A stretch of DNA of 64,000 nt, from NCBI GenBank assembly GCA_943842425.1, contig CALTBR010000002.1:408970-472969 (forward strand). The letters run 5' to 3'. The notes beneath the pieces were generated by a model that searched no databases, was not told the DNA's origin, and saw only the letters and a list, made by a program, of their open reading frames with translations. Made by a program: the position numbers and the translations under genes. This stretch comes from an uncultured Flavobacteriales bacterium (GTDB taxonomy: Bacteria > Bacteroidota > Bacteroidia > Flavobacteriales_D > Sanyastnellaceae). Each line of letters opens with the position of its first letter. Position 1 is the first letter of the stretch. Shown piece by piece: positions 9,952 to 20,500 of the stretch.

Positions 9952-12168
9952 ATGAAAATTAACCCCGAAGAAGAGAGTAAAGAAATCCTGAGAAGGTATC
10001 GGGGATTATTGCGTGCTGCTAACAATAGCAAGAGTCGAGAGGATAGAAAGAAGATTCGTAAAGCCTTCGATCTAGCGCTTGAATTTCATTCTGAACAGAG
10101 ACGAAAAAGTGGTGAGCCATATATCTACCATCCAATTAGCGTAGCAAAAGTAGTTGCAGGAGAATTAGGGTTAGATACTACGTCAATTGTGTGCGCACTT
10201 CTACACGATACGGTGGAGGATACAAAATTGACTTTGGAGGAGGTTGAGAATCTGTTTGGTGAAAAGGAGAAGGATATAGTCAATGGACTGACTAAGATGA
10301 GTGGAGTTTTCGAGCCCGGTACAAGTGCACAGGCGGAGAATTTTAGGAAAATGCTACTGACTTTGAGTAGCGATGTTAGGGTAATATTGATCAAGCTTGC
10401 AGATCGGCTGGACAATATGAGAACTCTTACGCATATGAGCCCAGATAAGCAGCAAAAGATTGCCAGTGAGACACTCTACATGTATGCTCCGCTTGCTCAT
10501 AGATTGGGATTACACGCAATAAAAAGTGAGCTTGAGGATCTTTCTTTAAAGTATAAAGAAGCTGAAGAATATGATTTAATACAATCCCGACTTAGAAAAA
10601 CCAAGGCGGTAAGGGCGAGATTTATAAGAAGCTTTTGCGCTCCCATTAAAAGGGAACTCGATGAGGCGGGAATTAAATATGAGATAAAAGGGAGACCGAA
10701 GTCTATTTTTAGTATTTGGTCTAAAATGGAGAAGCAAAAAGTATCCTTCGAAGAAGTTTACGATGTGTTTGCCGTAAGAATCGTGATCAATACTGAGAGG
10801 GCTAAAGAAAAAATGGAAATATGGAGGGCCTACTCCATTGTAACGGATTTTTACCAACCTAACCCAGACAGGTTGAGAGATTGGATAAGCTTGCCTAAGC
10901 GAAATGGTTACGAATCGCTTCATACAACCGTGATGTCGCCAACTGGAAAGTGGGTTGAAATACAGATACGCAGTGAAAGAATGGATGAAGTTGCGGAAAA
11001 GGGCTTCGCAGCTCACTGGAAATACAAGGAAGGGAAAGAGGAAAAGGCTGGTGGTTCTCAAATTGACAATTGGTTAGGCCAAATAAGAGAAATTTTAGAA
11101 AGCGGTGAAGACGACGCTCTTGCATTCATCGATGACTTCAAAATGGACTTGAAGACAAAGGACATCTACGTCTTTACCCCCAACGGCGACATGAAAACTC
11201 TCCCTAAAGGTGCGACTACACTAGATTTTGCATTTCTTATACACTCTAAAGTGGGGTCTGAGTGCATCGGCGGTAAGGTGAATCACAAACTTGTTCCTTT
11301 AAGTTATGAGCTTAAAAGTGGAGACCAAATAGAGATTATTACATCGCGCAAACAAACTCCAAAAGAAGATTGGCTTGGATATGTTGTCACCACAAACGCT
11401 AAGCAAAAAATACGACACAGTCTCAAAGAAGCTGAGCGTTCACAAGCTTTAGATGGAAGAGAAATCTTCAGTAAATGGGCAAAAAAAAATGGCCTTTTAC
11501 TGATCGATGGAAACATTGAGTCTCTATTTAGGAAGCACAAGTTCGATTCTGCACAAGAGATGTACTTTAGAATATCTGTCGGATCATTTGAATTGGATAA
11601 ATTAAAGGGTTATAAGCTAAGACAAGGGAAATTTGTTTGGGCTAAAGGACCTGATCCAGGTACCTCTAAGAAGACAGTCGTAACAGAAAAATTCGTTCCC
11701 AATGCCAAGGAGGATACATTGTTAATAGGAGAAAGCCTGCAGAAACTTGACTACACACTAGCAAATTGCTGTAGTCCTATTGCAGGTGACAATGTATTCG
11801 GATTTATAACTGTTAGCGGTGGAATTAAGGTGCATAGGAAGAACTGCCCCAATGCGACGAATATGCTCTCAAAGTATGCATATCGGATGATGAAGGCAAA
11901 ATGGTCGAGTATGGCGGCAGCTCAGTTTGAAGTGAAAATTGCGTTTACAGGGATTGACAATGTGGGACTTGTAAATCAGCTTACTACAGTGATTTCAGAC
12001 AATATGAAAGTGAATATGAAATCCATTAGTATGGAATCTAAAGATGGTATTTTTGAGGGTTCGATTAAAGCTCTTGTAACAAATACTTCACATTTGAAAG
12101 ATTTAATGACAAAGTTGAAAAATGTTTCAGGAGTTCACACAGTTGAGAGGGTGGACGAAGAGGTATAG
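9952..12168 (+). CDS. Bifunctional (p)ppGpp synthetase/hydrolase, RelA/SpoT family
   Basis: 738 aa. Has an HD hydrolase domain (HPISVA...LLHDTVEDT), a synthetase domain (RPKSIFSIWSKM...YESLHTTV), a TGS domain (VFTPNGD...LPKGAT) and a C-terminal ACT-like region. Confidence 0.95.
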   Translation: MKINPEEESKEILRRYRGLLRAANNSKSREDRKKIRKAFDLALEFHSEQRRKSGEPYIYHPISVAKVVAGELGLDTTSIVCALLHDTVEDTKLTLEEVENLFGEKEKDIVNGLTKMSGVFEPGTSAQAENFRKMLLTLSSDVRVILIKLADRLDNMRTLTHMSPDKQQKIASETLYMYAPLAHRLGLHAIKSELEDLSLKYKEAEEYDLIQSRLRKTKAVRARFIRSFCAPIKRELDEAGIKYEIKGRPKSIFSIWSKMEKQKVSFEEVYDVFAVRIVINTERAKEKMEIWRAYSIVTDFYQPNPDRLRDWISLPKRNGYESLHTTVMSPTGKWVEIQIRSERMDEVAEKGFAAHWKYKEGKEEKAGGSQIDNWLGQIREILESGEDDALAFIDDFKMDLKTKDIYVFTPNGDMKTLPKGATTLDFAFLIHSKVGSECIGGKVNHKLVPLSYELKSGDQIEIITSRKQTPKEDWLGYVVTTNAKQKIRHSLKEAERSQALDGREIFSKWAKKNGLLLIDGNIESLFRKHKFDSAQEMYFRISVGSFELDKLKGYKLRQGKFVWAKGPDPGTSKKTVVTEKFVPNAKEDTLLIGESLQKLDYTLANCCSPIAGDNVFGFITVSGGIKVHRKNCPNATNMLSKYAYRMMKAKWSSMAAAQFEVKIAFTGIDNVGLVNQLTTVISDNMKVNMKSISMESKDGIFEGSIKALVTNTSHLKDLMTKLKNVSGVHTVERVDEEV

Positions 12169-12195
12169 ACTACATTTGTGACTTGCTATAAGCTT

Positions 12196-12648
12196 ATGTC
12201 AAGCGACGAAATATTCATACAAGCAAAAGATATTTTCGAGGTGTACCTCGAACACAACGGGCACCGAAAAACGCCTGAGCGCTTTTCTATACTTGAAGAA
12301 ATTTACGCTATACAAGGCCATTTCGATGTTGAAACTCTATACGAAATCATGCAAAATGGTGAGTGTCGTGTTTCTAGGGCAACTCTGTACAACACGATGG
12401 AGCTGCTTCTCGATTGTAACTTAGTGAGGAAGCACCAGTTTGAAGAAAAAATTGCACAGTATGAAAAGTGTCACAGAGTAAGACAACACGACCATGTGAT
12501 TATTGCAGATACGGGAGAGGTAATCGAGTTTTGCGACCCGAGAATTCAACAAATAAAAGCGACTTTAGAAGAGCACTTCGGAATTGAAGTACTCCATCAT
12601 TCTTTGAATATTTATGCGCGCAAGCGAAAAACAAAAACTGAAGCATGA
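12196..12648 (+). CDS. fur: Fur-family transcriptional regulator
   Basis: Has a winged-helix segment RKTPERFSILEEIY...RVSRATLYNTMELLLDCNLV. The stop overlaps the purA start (ATGA). The track starts at GTG 12178, but I prefer the ATG at 12196. The start is uncertain. Confidence 0.8.
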   Translation: MSSDEIFIQAKDIFEVYLEHNGHRKTPERFSILEEIYAIQGHFDVETLYEIMQNGECRVSRATLYNTMELLLDCNLVRKHQFEEKIAQYEKCHRVRQHDHVIIADTGEVIEFCDPRIQQIKATLEEHFGIEVLHHSLNIYARKRKTKTEA

Positions 12649-13925
12649 AAGCTGATGTACTATTAGGCCTCCAATGGGGCGATGAAGGAAAGGGTAAAAT
12701 AGTAGATGTTCTGACTCCAAAATACGGTGTTATTGCACGATTTCAAGGAGGACCTAATGCGGGTCACACAATAATTTTTGACGGTAAAAAACACGTTCTT
12801 CATACGATTCCAAGTGGTATTTTTCGCGATGATATCTTAAACGTTGTCGGAAATGGTGTCGTGGTAGATCCTGTTATTTTTAAACATGAAATCGAAGGAT
12901 TACTTGAGAGCGGAGTGAGTCCATTCGATTCCCTTGTAATTTCTCGTAAAGCTCATTTAATTATGCCCACTCATGGACTTTTAGATGCTGCATCTGAAAT
13001 GTCCAAAGGGAAGTTAAAAATTGGCTCTACATTAAAAGGAATCGGTCCTGCTTATATGGATAAAACAGGGCGTAACGGATTGAGAATTGGAGATGTTGAA
13101 AGTACACGTTTCTTAGAAAAGTACACTTTATTGCGGGATAAACACGTTCATATGCTCGCGCAATTTAAAGATTACAAGTACGACTTATCAGAGTTAGAAT
13201 CGGAGTGGCTAGAAGCCGTCGAATATCTTAGGAAATTTAAGTTCATCGATAGCGAACACATCCTTAATAATGAGCTTAAAGAAGGGAGAGGGATTCTTGC
13301 AGAAGGTGCTCAAGGAACGATGCTTGATATCGATTTCGGAACCTATCCATTTGTAACTTCATCAAATACAATTACAGCAGGAGCTTGTACCGGACTGGGA
13401 ATAGCTCCTAATAAAATTGGAGTTGTATTCGGGATTTTTAAGGCATATTGTACAAGGGTTGGTTCAGGTCCATTTCCTACTGAACTTCATGAAGAAATTG
13501 GAGAAAAACTTAGAGTTGCAGGGTGTGAATTCGGAGCTACTACTGGCAGACCTCGAAGGTGTGGTTGGTTAGATCTTCCTCAGCTTAAGTATGCAATTAT
13601 GGTAAATGGCGTGACTCAGCTATGTATGATGAAAGCTGACGTTCTTGGAGAGTTTGACGAGATTGAGGTATGCACTCACTACATGCATAAAGGCAAAAAA
13701 ATCGACTATCTCCCGTATGGAATTAACCCTGAAGAAGTACAGCCCGTATACAAGACATTTGATTGTTGGCCTGGAGATCTAACTGGATTGCGTGATGTAG
13801 CAGATATTCCTGCTACGCTTAACGCTTACGTGAAGATGATTGAAGATGAAACAGGAGTTCCTATCTCAATCTTAAGTGTGGGACCCGATAGAGAGCAGAC
13901 ATTACTTTTGAAAAGTAATTTATGA
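12645..13925 (+). CDS. purA: Adenylosuccinate synthase
   Basis: 426 aa. Has LGLQWGDEGKGKIVD, GPNAGHT, TLKGIGPAY and GATTGRPRRCGW. Confidence 0.97.
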   Translation: MKADVLLGLQWGDEGKGKIVDVLTPKYGVIARFQGGPNAGHTIIFDGKKHVLHTIPSGIFRDDILNVVGNGVVVDPVIFKHEIEGLLESGVSPFDSLVISRKAHLIMPTHGLLDAASEMSKGKLKIGSTLKGIGPAYMDKTGRNGLRIGDVESTRFLEKYTLLRDKHVHMLAQFKDYKYDLSELESEWLEAVEYLRKFKFIDSEHILNNELKEGRGILAEGAQGTMLDIDFGTYPFVTSSNTITAGACTGLGIAPNKIGVVFGIFKAYCTRVGSGPFPTELHEEIGEKLRVAGCEFGATTGRPRRCGWLDLPQLKYAIMVNGVTQLCMMKADVLGEFDEIEVCTHYMHKGKKIDYLPYGINPEEVQPVYKTFDCWPGDLTGLRDVADIPATLNAYVKMIEDETGVPISILSVGPDREQTLLLKSNL

Positions 13926-13990
13926 AACTGAATATAATCTATTCTTTATTCTTTAGCTAAGTTCTTAAAATTCACAAAAATTTATTGCAG

Positions 13991-14140
13991 ATGATTTATT
14001 GGTTTACCGGTCAGCCCAGTCATGGTAAAACAGCTTCACCAATTTTAACTGACAGTTATCGCAAGAATCGTACGACTGGTGCGTTTATCTTAGTGGATCC
14101 CAGCACGCATTTAACTGTAGCGGCCGGAGTCGTTGGATGA
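13991..14140 (+). pseudogene. 49-codon ORF that resembles an in-frame deletion remnant. It joins a P-loop kinase N-terminus (APS-kinase-like) to a CysN-like C-terminus.
   Basis: My own translation is MIYWFTGQPSHGKTASPILTDSYRKNRTTGAFILVDPSTHLTVAAGVVG*. GQPSHGKT fits GxxxxGKT. D.Y..NR.TG.FIL.D..T..TV.AG matches the C-terminal end of sulfate adenylyltransferase subunit 1 as I recall it. Confidence 0.45.
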
Positions 14141-15645
14141 AAATAAACCTATACAAAGCTTCTACTATCAAGCACCTATTTAAGGCGTGCGTATTCGTTT
14201 TGCTCTTTATTTTATCGTCTTATTCTCACACAGCCCAAACAGATTCTACTTCCATAGCTGCATCTGAAAAGACTCGAATAAATATTTTAGGGGCATCGGT
14301 GATAGAACGCAACCCTAAAATTTCCGACGCCTCAAGACTTATCGGCGATGTTAAACTCGCTGTCGATGATGCAATTCTCACTTGTGATAGCGCTTATCGG
14401 TTTGACGATGGCCGATTTGAGGTCTTTAGCCAAGTTGTAATATCGCAAGAACCCTCAACGAAACTTAGTGCTGATTATGGTGTTCTCGACCCCGACATAG
14501 GTTCTGTATACATAAAAGGTGACGTGACTTTTAATCATGAAACACTAAACATTTCCTGCCCATCTCTAACCTATAACTTGGACACAAAACTTGTTTCATA
14601 TTACGAGAGGGCAACAATCATTGAGGGAGATCGGAGTTTATCTAGTAATCTCGGAGTTTACAGCTCTACAACAAATAGATTATATGCTGGAGACAATGTT
14701 GAAATTATAGAGCTCAAAGATGTTATTCAATCCGACTCACTTTCTATAGATAGAAATAGTAAAACGTTGCGGCTTTACAAATCATCTTATCTTGAAATCA
14801 ATGACGCTATTATTCATTGTGAGAAAGGAGAGTTTAACGGTAAAACTGGTGTAGGTTGGTTTTCTGGCGGTGCATCAATGATGGATGACCAAGGTCTAAT
14901 ATCTGGAGATAGCATTATTGTAAACAGAGAGAAGAACGAGGGTATGGCTTGGGGCCACGTCATGATAAGTGACAGTAGTAGAACGATGAACGTAAAGGGC
15001 TCCTTCGCTTCCCGTTCTGAAAATTCTGATTTAGTTACAGGGTTTTCTGATCATTTAGTCCAAATCGTGAATATTGAAGGAGCTGACACTCTTAGAATGA
15101 ACACTCTCAGACTTGAACGACGAGAAGAAATGTTATATGCATCAGGAAAAGTCGTATTTAAACAGGGTGCATTCTCTGGCAGCGGGGATTCGCTTTCTTG
15201 GGATAGGAGTGTTGATGAAATGTGGCTGTTGGGAAAACCTGTAGTTTGGTCTGAAGAAGATGAAATGACTGGAGACACGGTAAAAATGAACCTAAAGGAA
15301 AATAGGCCAACCAGCATGCAATTGATGGGGGATGCAAATGTCTTAAGTCCGGCAAATGACTCTCTAGATCACGTAATATCAGGCCGTGATTTGTTCGCGC
15401 ATTTTTCGAAGGGGAAACTTTCAAGTGTTGATGTAATAGGCAACGGAAGAGCAAATTATTACTCAATAGATGATTTGGATGACATTCGTTTAAACAGAGC
15501 TACTTGTTCCCAAATCCAAATGCTATTCTCAAAAGGAAAGGTGACTAGAATCACCCTTTTAGGTTTACCTGATGGGGAATTTAATCCATTAGACGATGGC
15601 GGGAATGAGGACCTTCCAGCAAGGAGAATTAAACCTCAATTATAA
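14137..15645 (+). CDS. OstA/LptA-like domain periplasmic protein (hypothetical)
   Basis: 502 aa with a signal peptide. It has repetitive beta-rich segments of the OstA-N type (GDVKL..DDAILTCDSAYRF, GDVTFNHETLNISCPSLTY). The family call is from pattern recall only. Confidence 0.5.
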   Translation: MKINLYKASTIKHLFKACVFVLLFILSSYSHTAQTDSTSIAASEKTRINILGASVIERNPKISDASRLIGDVKLAVDDAILTCDSAYRFDDGRFEVFSQVVISQEPSTKLSADYGVLDPDIGSVYIKGDVTFNHETLNISCPSLTYNLDTKLVSYYERATIIEGDRSLSSNLGVYSSTTNRLYAGDNVEIIELKDVIQSDSLSIDRNSKTLRLYKSSYLEINDAIIHCEKGEFNGKTGVGWFSGGASMMDDQGLISGDSIIVNREKNEGMAWGHVMISDSSRTMNVKGSFASRSENSDLVTGFSDHLVQIVNIEGADTLRMNTLRLERREEMLYASGKVVFKQGAFSGSGDSLSWDRSVDEMWLLGKPVVWSEEDEMTGDTVKMNLKENRPTSMQLMGDANVLSPANDSLDHVISGRDLFAHFSKGKLSSVDVIGNGRANYYSIDDLDDIRLNRATCSQIQMLFSKGKVTRITLLGLPDGEFNPLDDGGNEDLPARRIKPQL

Positions 15646-15689
15646 CTAACCTTTTTAACTAACCTTTTTAACTAACCTTTTTAACTAAC
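15644..15689. repeat. 13-bp direct tandem repeat (AACTAACCTTTTT), 3.5 copies
   Basis: Read directly from the sequence: aactaaccttttt aactaaccttttt aactaaccttttt aactaac. It covers the stop codons of both convergent genes. Confidence 0.95.
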
Positions 15690-16961
15690 AAGGGGGAAAG
15701 TTGACATCTTAGCCTTTACCTCGTTACCAATTTTCGCAAGAACCGACTCGTCTTCATGGTTCATAATAGCCTCGTCCATCCAAGCAACGAGTTGTTCCAT
15801 ATCCGATTCCACAAGTCCACGGGTCGTAACGGCAGGAGTGCCAACACGCATTCCTGAAGTCACAAAAGGTGAACGAGTATCGAATGGAACCATGTTTTTA
15901 TTCACGGTAATTTCAGCTTTTCCTAAAGCAATTTCAGCTGATTTACCAGTGATGTCCTTGTTGCGAAGGTCGATAAGCATCAGGTGATTGTCTGTTCCTC
16001 CAGAAATAAGGTGATAGCCTCGAGAAACAAAAGCTGAAGCCATGGCTTGGGCATTTTTCACAACCTGAATACAATACTCACGATATGATGGATTTAGAGC
16101 TTCGCCAAAAGCAACAGCTTTTGCTGCTATTACATGTTCGAGTGGACCGCCTTGCATTCCAGGAAAAACTCCGCTATCGAGTAAAGATGACATAGGGCGT
16201 ACAATACCTTTCATTGTTTTGCGTCCCCAAGGATTTGGAAAGTCTTGGCCCATCATAATCACTCCGCCTCGCGGTCCACGCAAGGTTTTGTGGGTGGTCG
16301 TTGTCACAACGTGACAGTGAGGCATAGGATCTGCAAGTAATTTCGCAGCAATGAGACCGGCCGGATGTGAAATATCTGCGAGTAAGATGGCTCCTGTGCT
16401 ATCGGCAATTTCACGGAATTTGGCGTAATCCCAATCACGGGCATAAGCTGAGGCTCCACAAATAATCATTTTAGGTTGTTCGCGTTCTGCCACCTCTGCT
16501 ACCTGATTCATATCCACTCTACCTGTCTTCTCATCAACTCCATAAAAAACAGGGTTATAAAGCTTGCCGCTATAATTTACAGAAGATCCGTGAGTGAGGT
16601 GACCACCATGAGAAAGATCAAAACCAAGAATCGTATCACCAGGAGAAAGACATGCGAGCATAACTGCGGCATTTGCTGATGCTCCTGAATGTGGTTGTAC
16701 GTTAGCCCAAACAGCACCAAACAGTTCACAAATTCTATCAATCGCTAGTTGTTCAACTCCATCAACGAACTCACAGCCGCCGTAATATCGCCTCTTCGGC
16801 AATCCCTCAGCATACTTATTTGTAAGGATGGATCCTTGAGCTTGCATTACGCTATCGCTTGTAAAGTTTTCTGAAGCGATAAGTTCTGCTCCCTCTATTT
16901 GTCGCTGAGCCTCACTATTAATGAGAAAGGAAATTTCAGGATCGGTAACTTTTAGTGGCAT
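15681..16961 (-). CDS. glyA: Serine hydroxymethyltransferase
   Basis: Has [28 protein letters not shown] and [14 protein letters not shown] (the PLP lysine). I place the start at [10 protein letters not shown] (16961), which has a -7 box 19 nt upstream. The track's 12-codon extension to 16997 is unlikely. Confidence 0.95.
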   Translation of the reverse strand: MPLKVTDPEISFLINSEAQRQIEGAELIASENFTSDSVMQAQGSILTNKYAEGLPKRRYYGGCEFVDGVEQLAIDRICELFGAVWANVQPHSGASANAAVMLACLSPGDTILGFDLSHGGHLTHGSSVNYSGKLYNPVFYGVDEKTGRVDMNQVAEVAEREQPKMIICGASAYARDWDYAKFREIADSTGAILLADISHPAGLIAAKLLADPMPHCHVVTTTTHKTLRGPRGGVIMMGQDFPNPWGRKTMKGIVRPMSSLLDSGVFPGMQGGPLEHVIAAKAVAFGEALNPSYREYCIQVVKNAQAMASAFVSRGYHLISGGTDNHLMLIDLRNKDITGKSAEIALGKAEITVNKNMVPFDTRSPFVTSGMRVGTPAVTTRGLVESDMEQLVAWMDEAIMNHEDESVLAKIGNEVKAKMSTFPLVS

Positions 16962-16980
16962 GGGGATAAGATTTATGGCG

Positions 16981-16988
16981 CAAATGTA
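16981..16988 (-). promoter_or_regulatory. Bacteroidota -7 promoter box upstream of glyA
   Basis: The minus strand reads TACATTTG, 19 nt upstream of the ATG at 16961. Confidence 0.45.
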
Positions 16989-17034
16989 GTGATGCATATT
17001 CTTTATTTTGTGTAATTTTTACTAACTTTAGATT

Positions 17035-17418
17035 ATGAAAAATCAAATATTTGTTTTAAGTCTGTCGATTGCAATGATTGTCTCAATTTTCGCTTTCAAC
17101 ACCCCTTCGCCTTCGTATGAATACATGGCATTTACTACTATTGAATCTATTGTTCCTGGAGGTGCAGGGCGTAGCAGAATGCTTATCGATGGAGGAGATG
17201 GAGAACTCGATGAACAGAAAATAAAAAACCTATATTCTATGATGGGAATTAAGATGGAGAACATCTTTGAAAATGATCAAGACGTGGTCTCTAAATTAAA
17301 TGACCTCAGCAATGAAGGTTGGGAACTTGCATTTTCGAATACAGGTGTTCAATCTCCTACTGACGGAGGTTCCGCAGGTATTTACTGCACCAGATATATT
17401 CTGCGCCGAGTTAAATAA
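17035..17418 (+). CDS. Small hypothetical protein with an N-terminal signal/TM segment
   Basis: 127-aa ORF with a hydrophobic N-terminus and a C-terminal GWELAF...YILRR segment. I do not recognise a family with any confidence. Confidence 0.5.
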   Translation: MKNQIFVLSLSIAMIVSIFAFNTPSPSYEYMAFTTIESIVPGGAGRSRMLIDGGDGELDEQKIKNLYSMMGIKMENIFENDQDVVSKLNDLSNEGWELAFSNTGVQSPTDGGSAGIYCTRYILRRVK

Positions 17419-17434
17419 GACCCTCAATATTTCA

Positions 17435-19657
17435 ATGCGTTTATCATCTTTTATATTCGCATTTACTGCCTTTTTAGCTTGCAGTTCGTGTTCAAATTCT
17501 ATGGCTCCTATGAGTGACACTACTTTGTTTAAACATACTAACAAGCTAATAAACTCATCAAGTCCATATTTACAACAACATGCCCATAATCCAGTTGATT
17601 GGATGGCATGGGGAGATGAGGCTTTTGAGAAAGCTGAGAAAGAAGGGAAGCTTGTCTTTATAAGTGTTGGCTATAGCGCTTGCCATTGGTGCCATGTTAT
17701 GGAACACGAAACTTTCGAGAATGAAGAGGCTGCAGATTATATCAATGAACACTTTGTGAGTGTTAAGGTCGATCGAGAAGAAAGGCCTGATGTTGATGCA
17801 GTGTATATGAATGCTGTGCAGTTGATGACAGGAAGAGGAGGCTGGCCATTGAATTGCGTGGCTCTTCCTGATGGCAGACCTGTGTTTGGTGGCACTTATT
17901 TTCCCAGAACAACATTTATTGAAAGACTTCAAAGTATTGTAAAGATCAAGGATAATGATATTCAAAAATTAGATCAATATGCTGCTCAGCTCTCAGAAGG
18001 GGTAGCATCTTCTGATTTACTTATTGCTCCAATTGAAGGTTTAGCGAAGGATGCTGCTGGGTTTGTTTGGTCTAAAAGTGAGAGAAATAAATTCGGAGCT
18101 GAAATAGATGCGAAAGTAGATAACTGGAGGAGGTCTTGGGACAGGGATAAAGGCCTTTCAAAAGGAGCCCCTAAGTTTCCAATTCCGACTAATTTAGATT
18201 TCCTTTTACATTATGGAACAGTTAGAAATGACAAGGATGCCCTTGCTCAAGTGAAGCTTACTTTGGACAATATGGAAAGAGGTGGGATCTATGATCAGGC
18301 TGGTGGTGGGTTTGCTCGGTATAGCACTGATGCAGATTGGAAAATACCTCATTTTGAAAAAATGCTGTATGACAACGGACAGCTTTTAACCACCTATTCT
18401 AATGCCTTTAGAGTCTTTTCTGAAGAGAGATATAAAGACGTGGCTCTAGGGATCATCGATTTTATAAATCAAGAGCTTGATGATCCTTCTGGAGGATTTC
18501 GCAGCGCCTTAGATGCTGACAGTGATGGGGTTGAAGGCAAGTATTATGTTTGGGATGAGGATGAGTTAGCTCTTGCTCTCACACCTGAGGATTTAAAGAT
18601 TGCATTAACTGCCTATGACATTCATGGCAAATCTTATTGGGAACACCATAACAGTGTTTTAATGCGTTGGGAAAGTGACGAAAATCTCGCAGATGCTGTC
18701 GGGTTGAGTGCTCAAGAATTTCGTGATAGGCTTAATATCATTAATCAGGTTTTATCCAACTACAGAGATGGAAAAAACGCTTTAGGTAAAAAGAGTCACA
18801 TTCCAAGGATTAAACCTGGATTAGACGATAAAGTTTTAATTTCTTGGACAGCTCTCACAGTTAGTGGATTGTGCGATGCGTACAGAACTTTTGGCAATGA
18901 AAAGCACCTCAATAGAGCGGAAAAAGCATTAGATTTTATTTTGAAAACTCGAAAAGCTGACGGTTCACTATTTCATGTTTATCATGAAAAAGACGGAGCA
19001 CATATCAATGCCTTTTTAGAGGATTATGCCTTTACAATTGCAGCTTGTATAGATATGTATGAAGCTACTTTTCATCCCAAATGGTTAATTGAAGCAAAGG
19101 AATTAATGCTCATCAGTTTTGATAAATTTTACGATACAAAAACAGGTGTATTTTGGTATACCTCAAATGAGGAAAAAGAGCTTTTTGCAAAAAAACAAGA
19201 AAATGACGACAGCGTGATCCCGTCTTCAAATTCAACTATGGCAGACAACCTTTTCCGGTTGGGTAGATATGATTCAAAATTTAATTGGATCGAGTACTCA
19301 GATAGAATGTTACTTTCAGCTTGGGAAAACAGCAATAATATAAGAAGGTCTACAAACTGGGCTCAGGTTTTACTGAAGCGCACATTACCCTTTTATGAAG
19401 TCGCTATTTCTGAAAGTATCCCTGAGAAAATAAACAATACAAGAAAAAAAATAGATTTAAAATATTATCCTCAAATCATCTTAGCAGGCGGCATTGATTT
19501 ACCTGGTCAACCCGAGTTTTTGAAAGGGAAATATCCATCTTCGAATACAGATAAATTATCTACCAGATTTTTTATTTGCCAAGAGGGCTCATGTAAACTT
19601 CCTGTGGAGTCACTTATTGAAGTTAATAACTTGCTCAAGGTCGGACACAGAGATTGA
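17435..19657 (+). CDS. Thioredoxin-domain protein of the DUF255/YyaL (SPATA20-like) family, with an (alpha/alpha)6 C-terminal domain. Probably a lipoprotein.
   Basis: Has the motif [43 protein letters not shown]. The start is set at [19 protein letters not shown] (lipobox), because the track's upstream extension overlaps the previous gene. Confidence 0.85.
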   Translation: MRLSSFIFAFTAFLACSSCSNSMAPMSDTTLFKHTNKLINSSSPYLQQHAHNPVDWMAWGDEAFEKAEKEGKLVFISVGYSACHWCHVMEHETFENEEAADYINEHFVSVKVDREERPDVDAVYMNAVQLMTGRGGWPLNCVALPDGRPVFGGTYFPRTTFIERLQSIVKIKDNDIQKLDQYAAQLSEGVASSDLLIAPIEGLAKDAAGFVWSKSERNKFGAEIDAKVDNWRRSWDRDKGLSKGAPKFPIPTNLDFLLHYGTVRNDKDALAQVKLTLDNMERGGIYDQAGGGFARYSTDADWKIPHFEKMLYDNGQLLTTYSNAFRVFSEERYKDVALGIIDFINQELDDPSGGFRSALDADSDGVEGKYYVWDEDELALALTPEDLKIALTAYDIHGKSYWEHHNSVLMRWESDENLADAVGLSAQEFRDRLNIINQVLSNYRDGKNALGKKSHIPRIKPGLDDKVLISWTALTVSGLCDAYRTFGNEKHLNRAEKALDFILKTRKADGSLFHVYHEKDGAHINAFLEDYAFTIAACIDMYEATFHPKWLIEAKELMLISFDKFYDTKTGVFWYTSNEEKELFAKKQENDDSVIPSSNSTMADNLFRLGRYDSKFNWIEYSDRMLLSAWENSNNIRRSTNWAQVLLKRTLPFYEVAISESIPEKINNTRKKIDLKYYPQIILAGGIDLPGQPEFLKGKYPSSNTDKLSTRFFICQEGSCKLPVESLIEVNNLLKVGHRD

Positions 19658-19681
19658 TTTCTGTGTTAACTTGGGCTTTGT

Positions 19682-20500
19682 ATGATTAATCATGTTTCAT
19701 TCTGTGCGAACATAATTAAACTTAAGTCTTCTGGATTTATTCCAAAAGTGGGGTTAATATTAGGATCCGGATTAGGATCCTTCGCACAGCAGGTTGAAGT
19801 TACCTCAAAAATTTCATTTGAAGATTTGTCCGGATTTCCAAAAGCTGGAGTAGGCGGTCATGCCGGACAATTGATCTTAGGATATATTGAAGGCACAAAA
19901 GTAGCGATACTACAAGGACGAGCTCATTATTACGAGCATGGAAAAGCTGATGCAATGTCTGTCGCCATTAGAACATTTAAAGAAATCGGCTGTGAATCTC
20001 TCGTTTTAACAAATGCAGCTGGAGCGATAAATAAAAACGTAAACCCAGGTGATTTAATGCTGATCACAGATCACATAAATATGACAGGAGTATCACCTCT
20101 TTTTGGAGAAATAGGCAACGACAGATTCGTCGATATGTGTGATGCATATAACGCTAAGCTCTCCGATAAAATGCGCTCAGCAGCTGACGAGAATAATATT
20201 AATATAACAGAAGGTGTATATGCTTGGTGGTGCGGCCCTCAATTTGAGACGCCAGCTGAGATTAATGCACTCGGAATTCTCGGTGCAGATGCCGTTGGAA
20301 TGTCAACTGTGCCGGAGGTTATCGTAGCTCGATATGCTCGGATTCCATTATGTGCACTGTCTATCTTAACAAATTATGCTGCTGGAATAGGTGATGTTAC
20401 GCTTTCTCATGAACAAACCCTGCTTATCGCAAAGCAAGCTGAGCAATCTGTAACCTTAATACTTAGTTCTTACTTAAAATCATTTTCTAATGAAGATTGA
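19682..20500 (+). CDS. Purine nucleoside phosphorylase (trimeric PNP/PunA type)
   Basis: 272 aa. Has LGSGLG, GHAGQLILG, RAHYYE, NAAGAIN, GPQFETPAE and GADAVGMSTVPE. Confidence 0.9.
   Translation: MINHVSFCANIIKLKSSGFIPKVGLILGSGLGSFAQQVEVTSKISFEDLSGFPKAGVGGHAGQLILGYIEGTKVAILQGRAHYYEHGKADAMSVAIRTFKEIGCESLVLTNAAGAINKNVNPGDLMLITDHINMTGVSPLFGEIGNDRFVDMCDAYNAKLSDKMRSAADENNINITEGVYAWWCGPQFETPAEINALGILGADAVGMSTVPEVIVARYARIPLCALSILTNYAAGIGDVTLSHEQTLLIAKQAEQSVTLILSSYLKSFSNED

Noticed and set aside
10576-11061. A 161-aa minus-strand ORF (and neighbours at 10125-10415, 10895-11125 and 11304-11540) inside relA/spoT
   Set aside because: These are antisense to a gene with unambiguous HD, synthetase and TGS motifs. 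They show no coding signal of their own.
11481-11489. An A9 homopolymer inside relA/spoT, considered as a possible phase-variation tract
   Set aside because: It encodes KKN in frame within an intact 738-aa ORF. A single moderate-length tract in an essential-type gene is not evidence of phase variation.
17300-17434. A 45-codon N-terminal extension of the DUF255 gene in the ORF track (similar extensions occur at 16962-16997 glyA, 40468-40497 thyA, 35597-35644 greA, 34510-34530, 53627-53707, 52684-52713, 56159-56194 and 48018-48044)
   Set aside because: The extensions overlap upstream genes, terminators or -7 boxes. The internal Met gives canonical N-termini or signal peptides.
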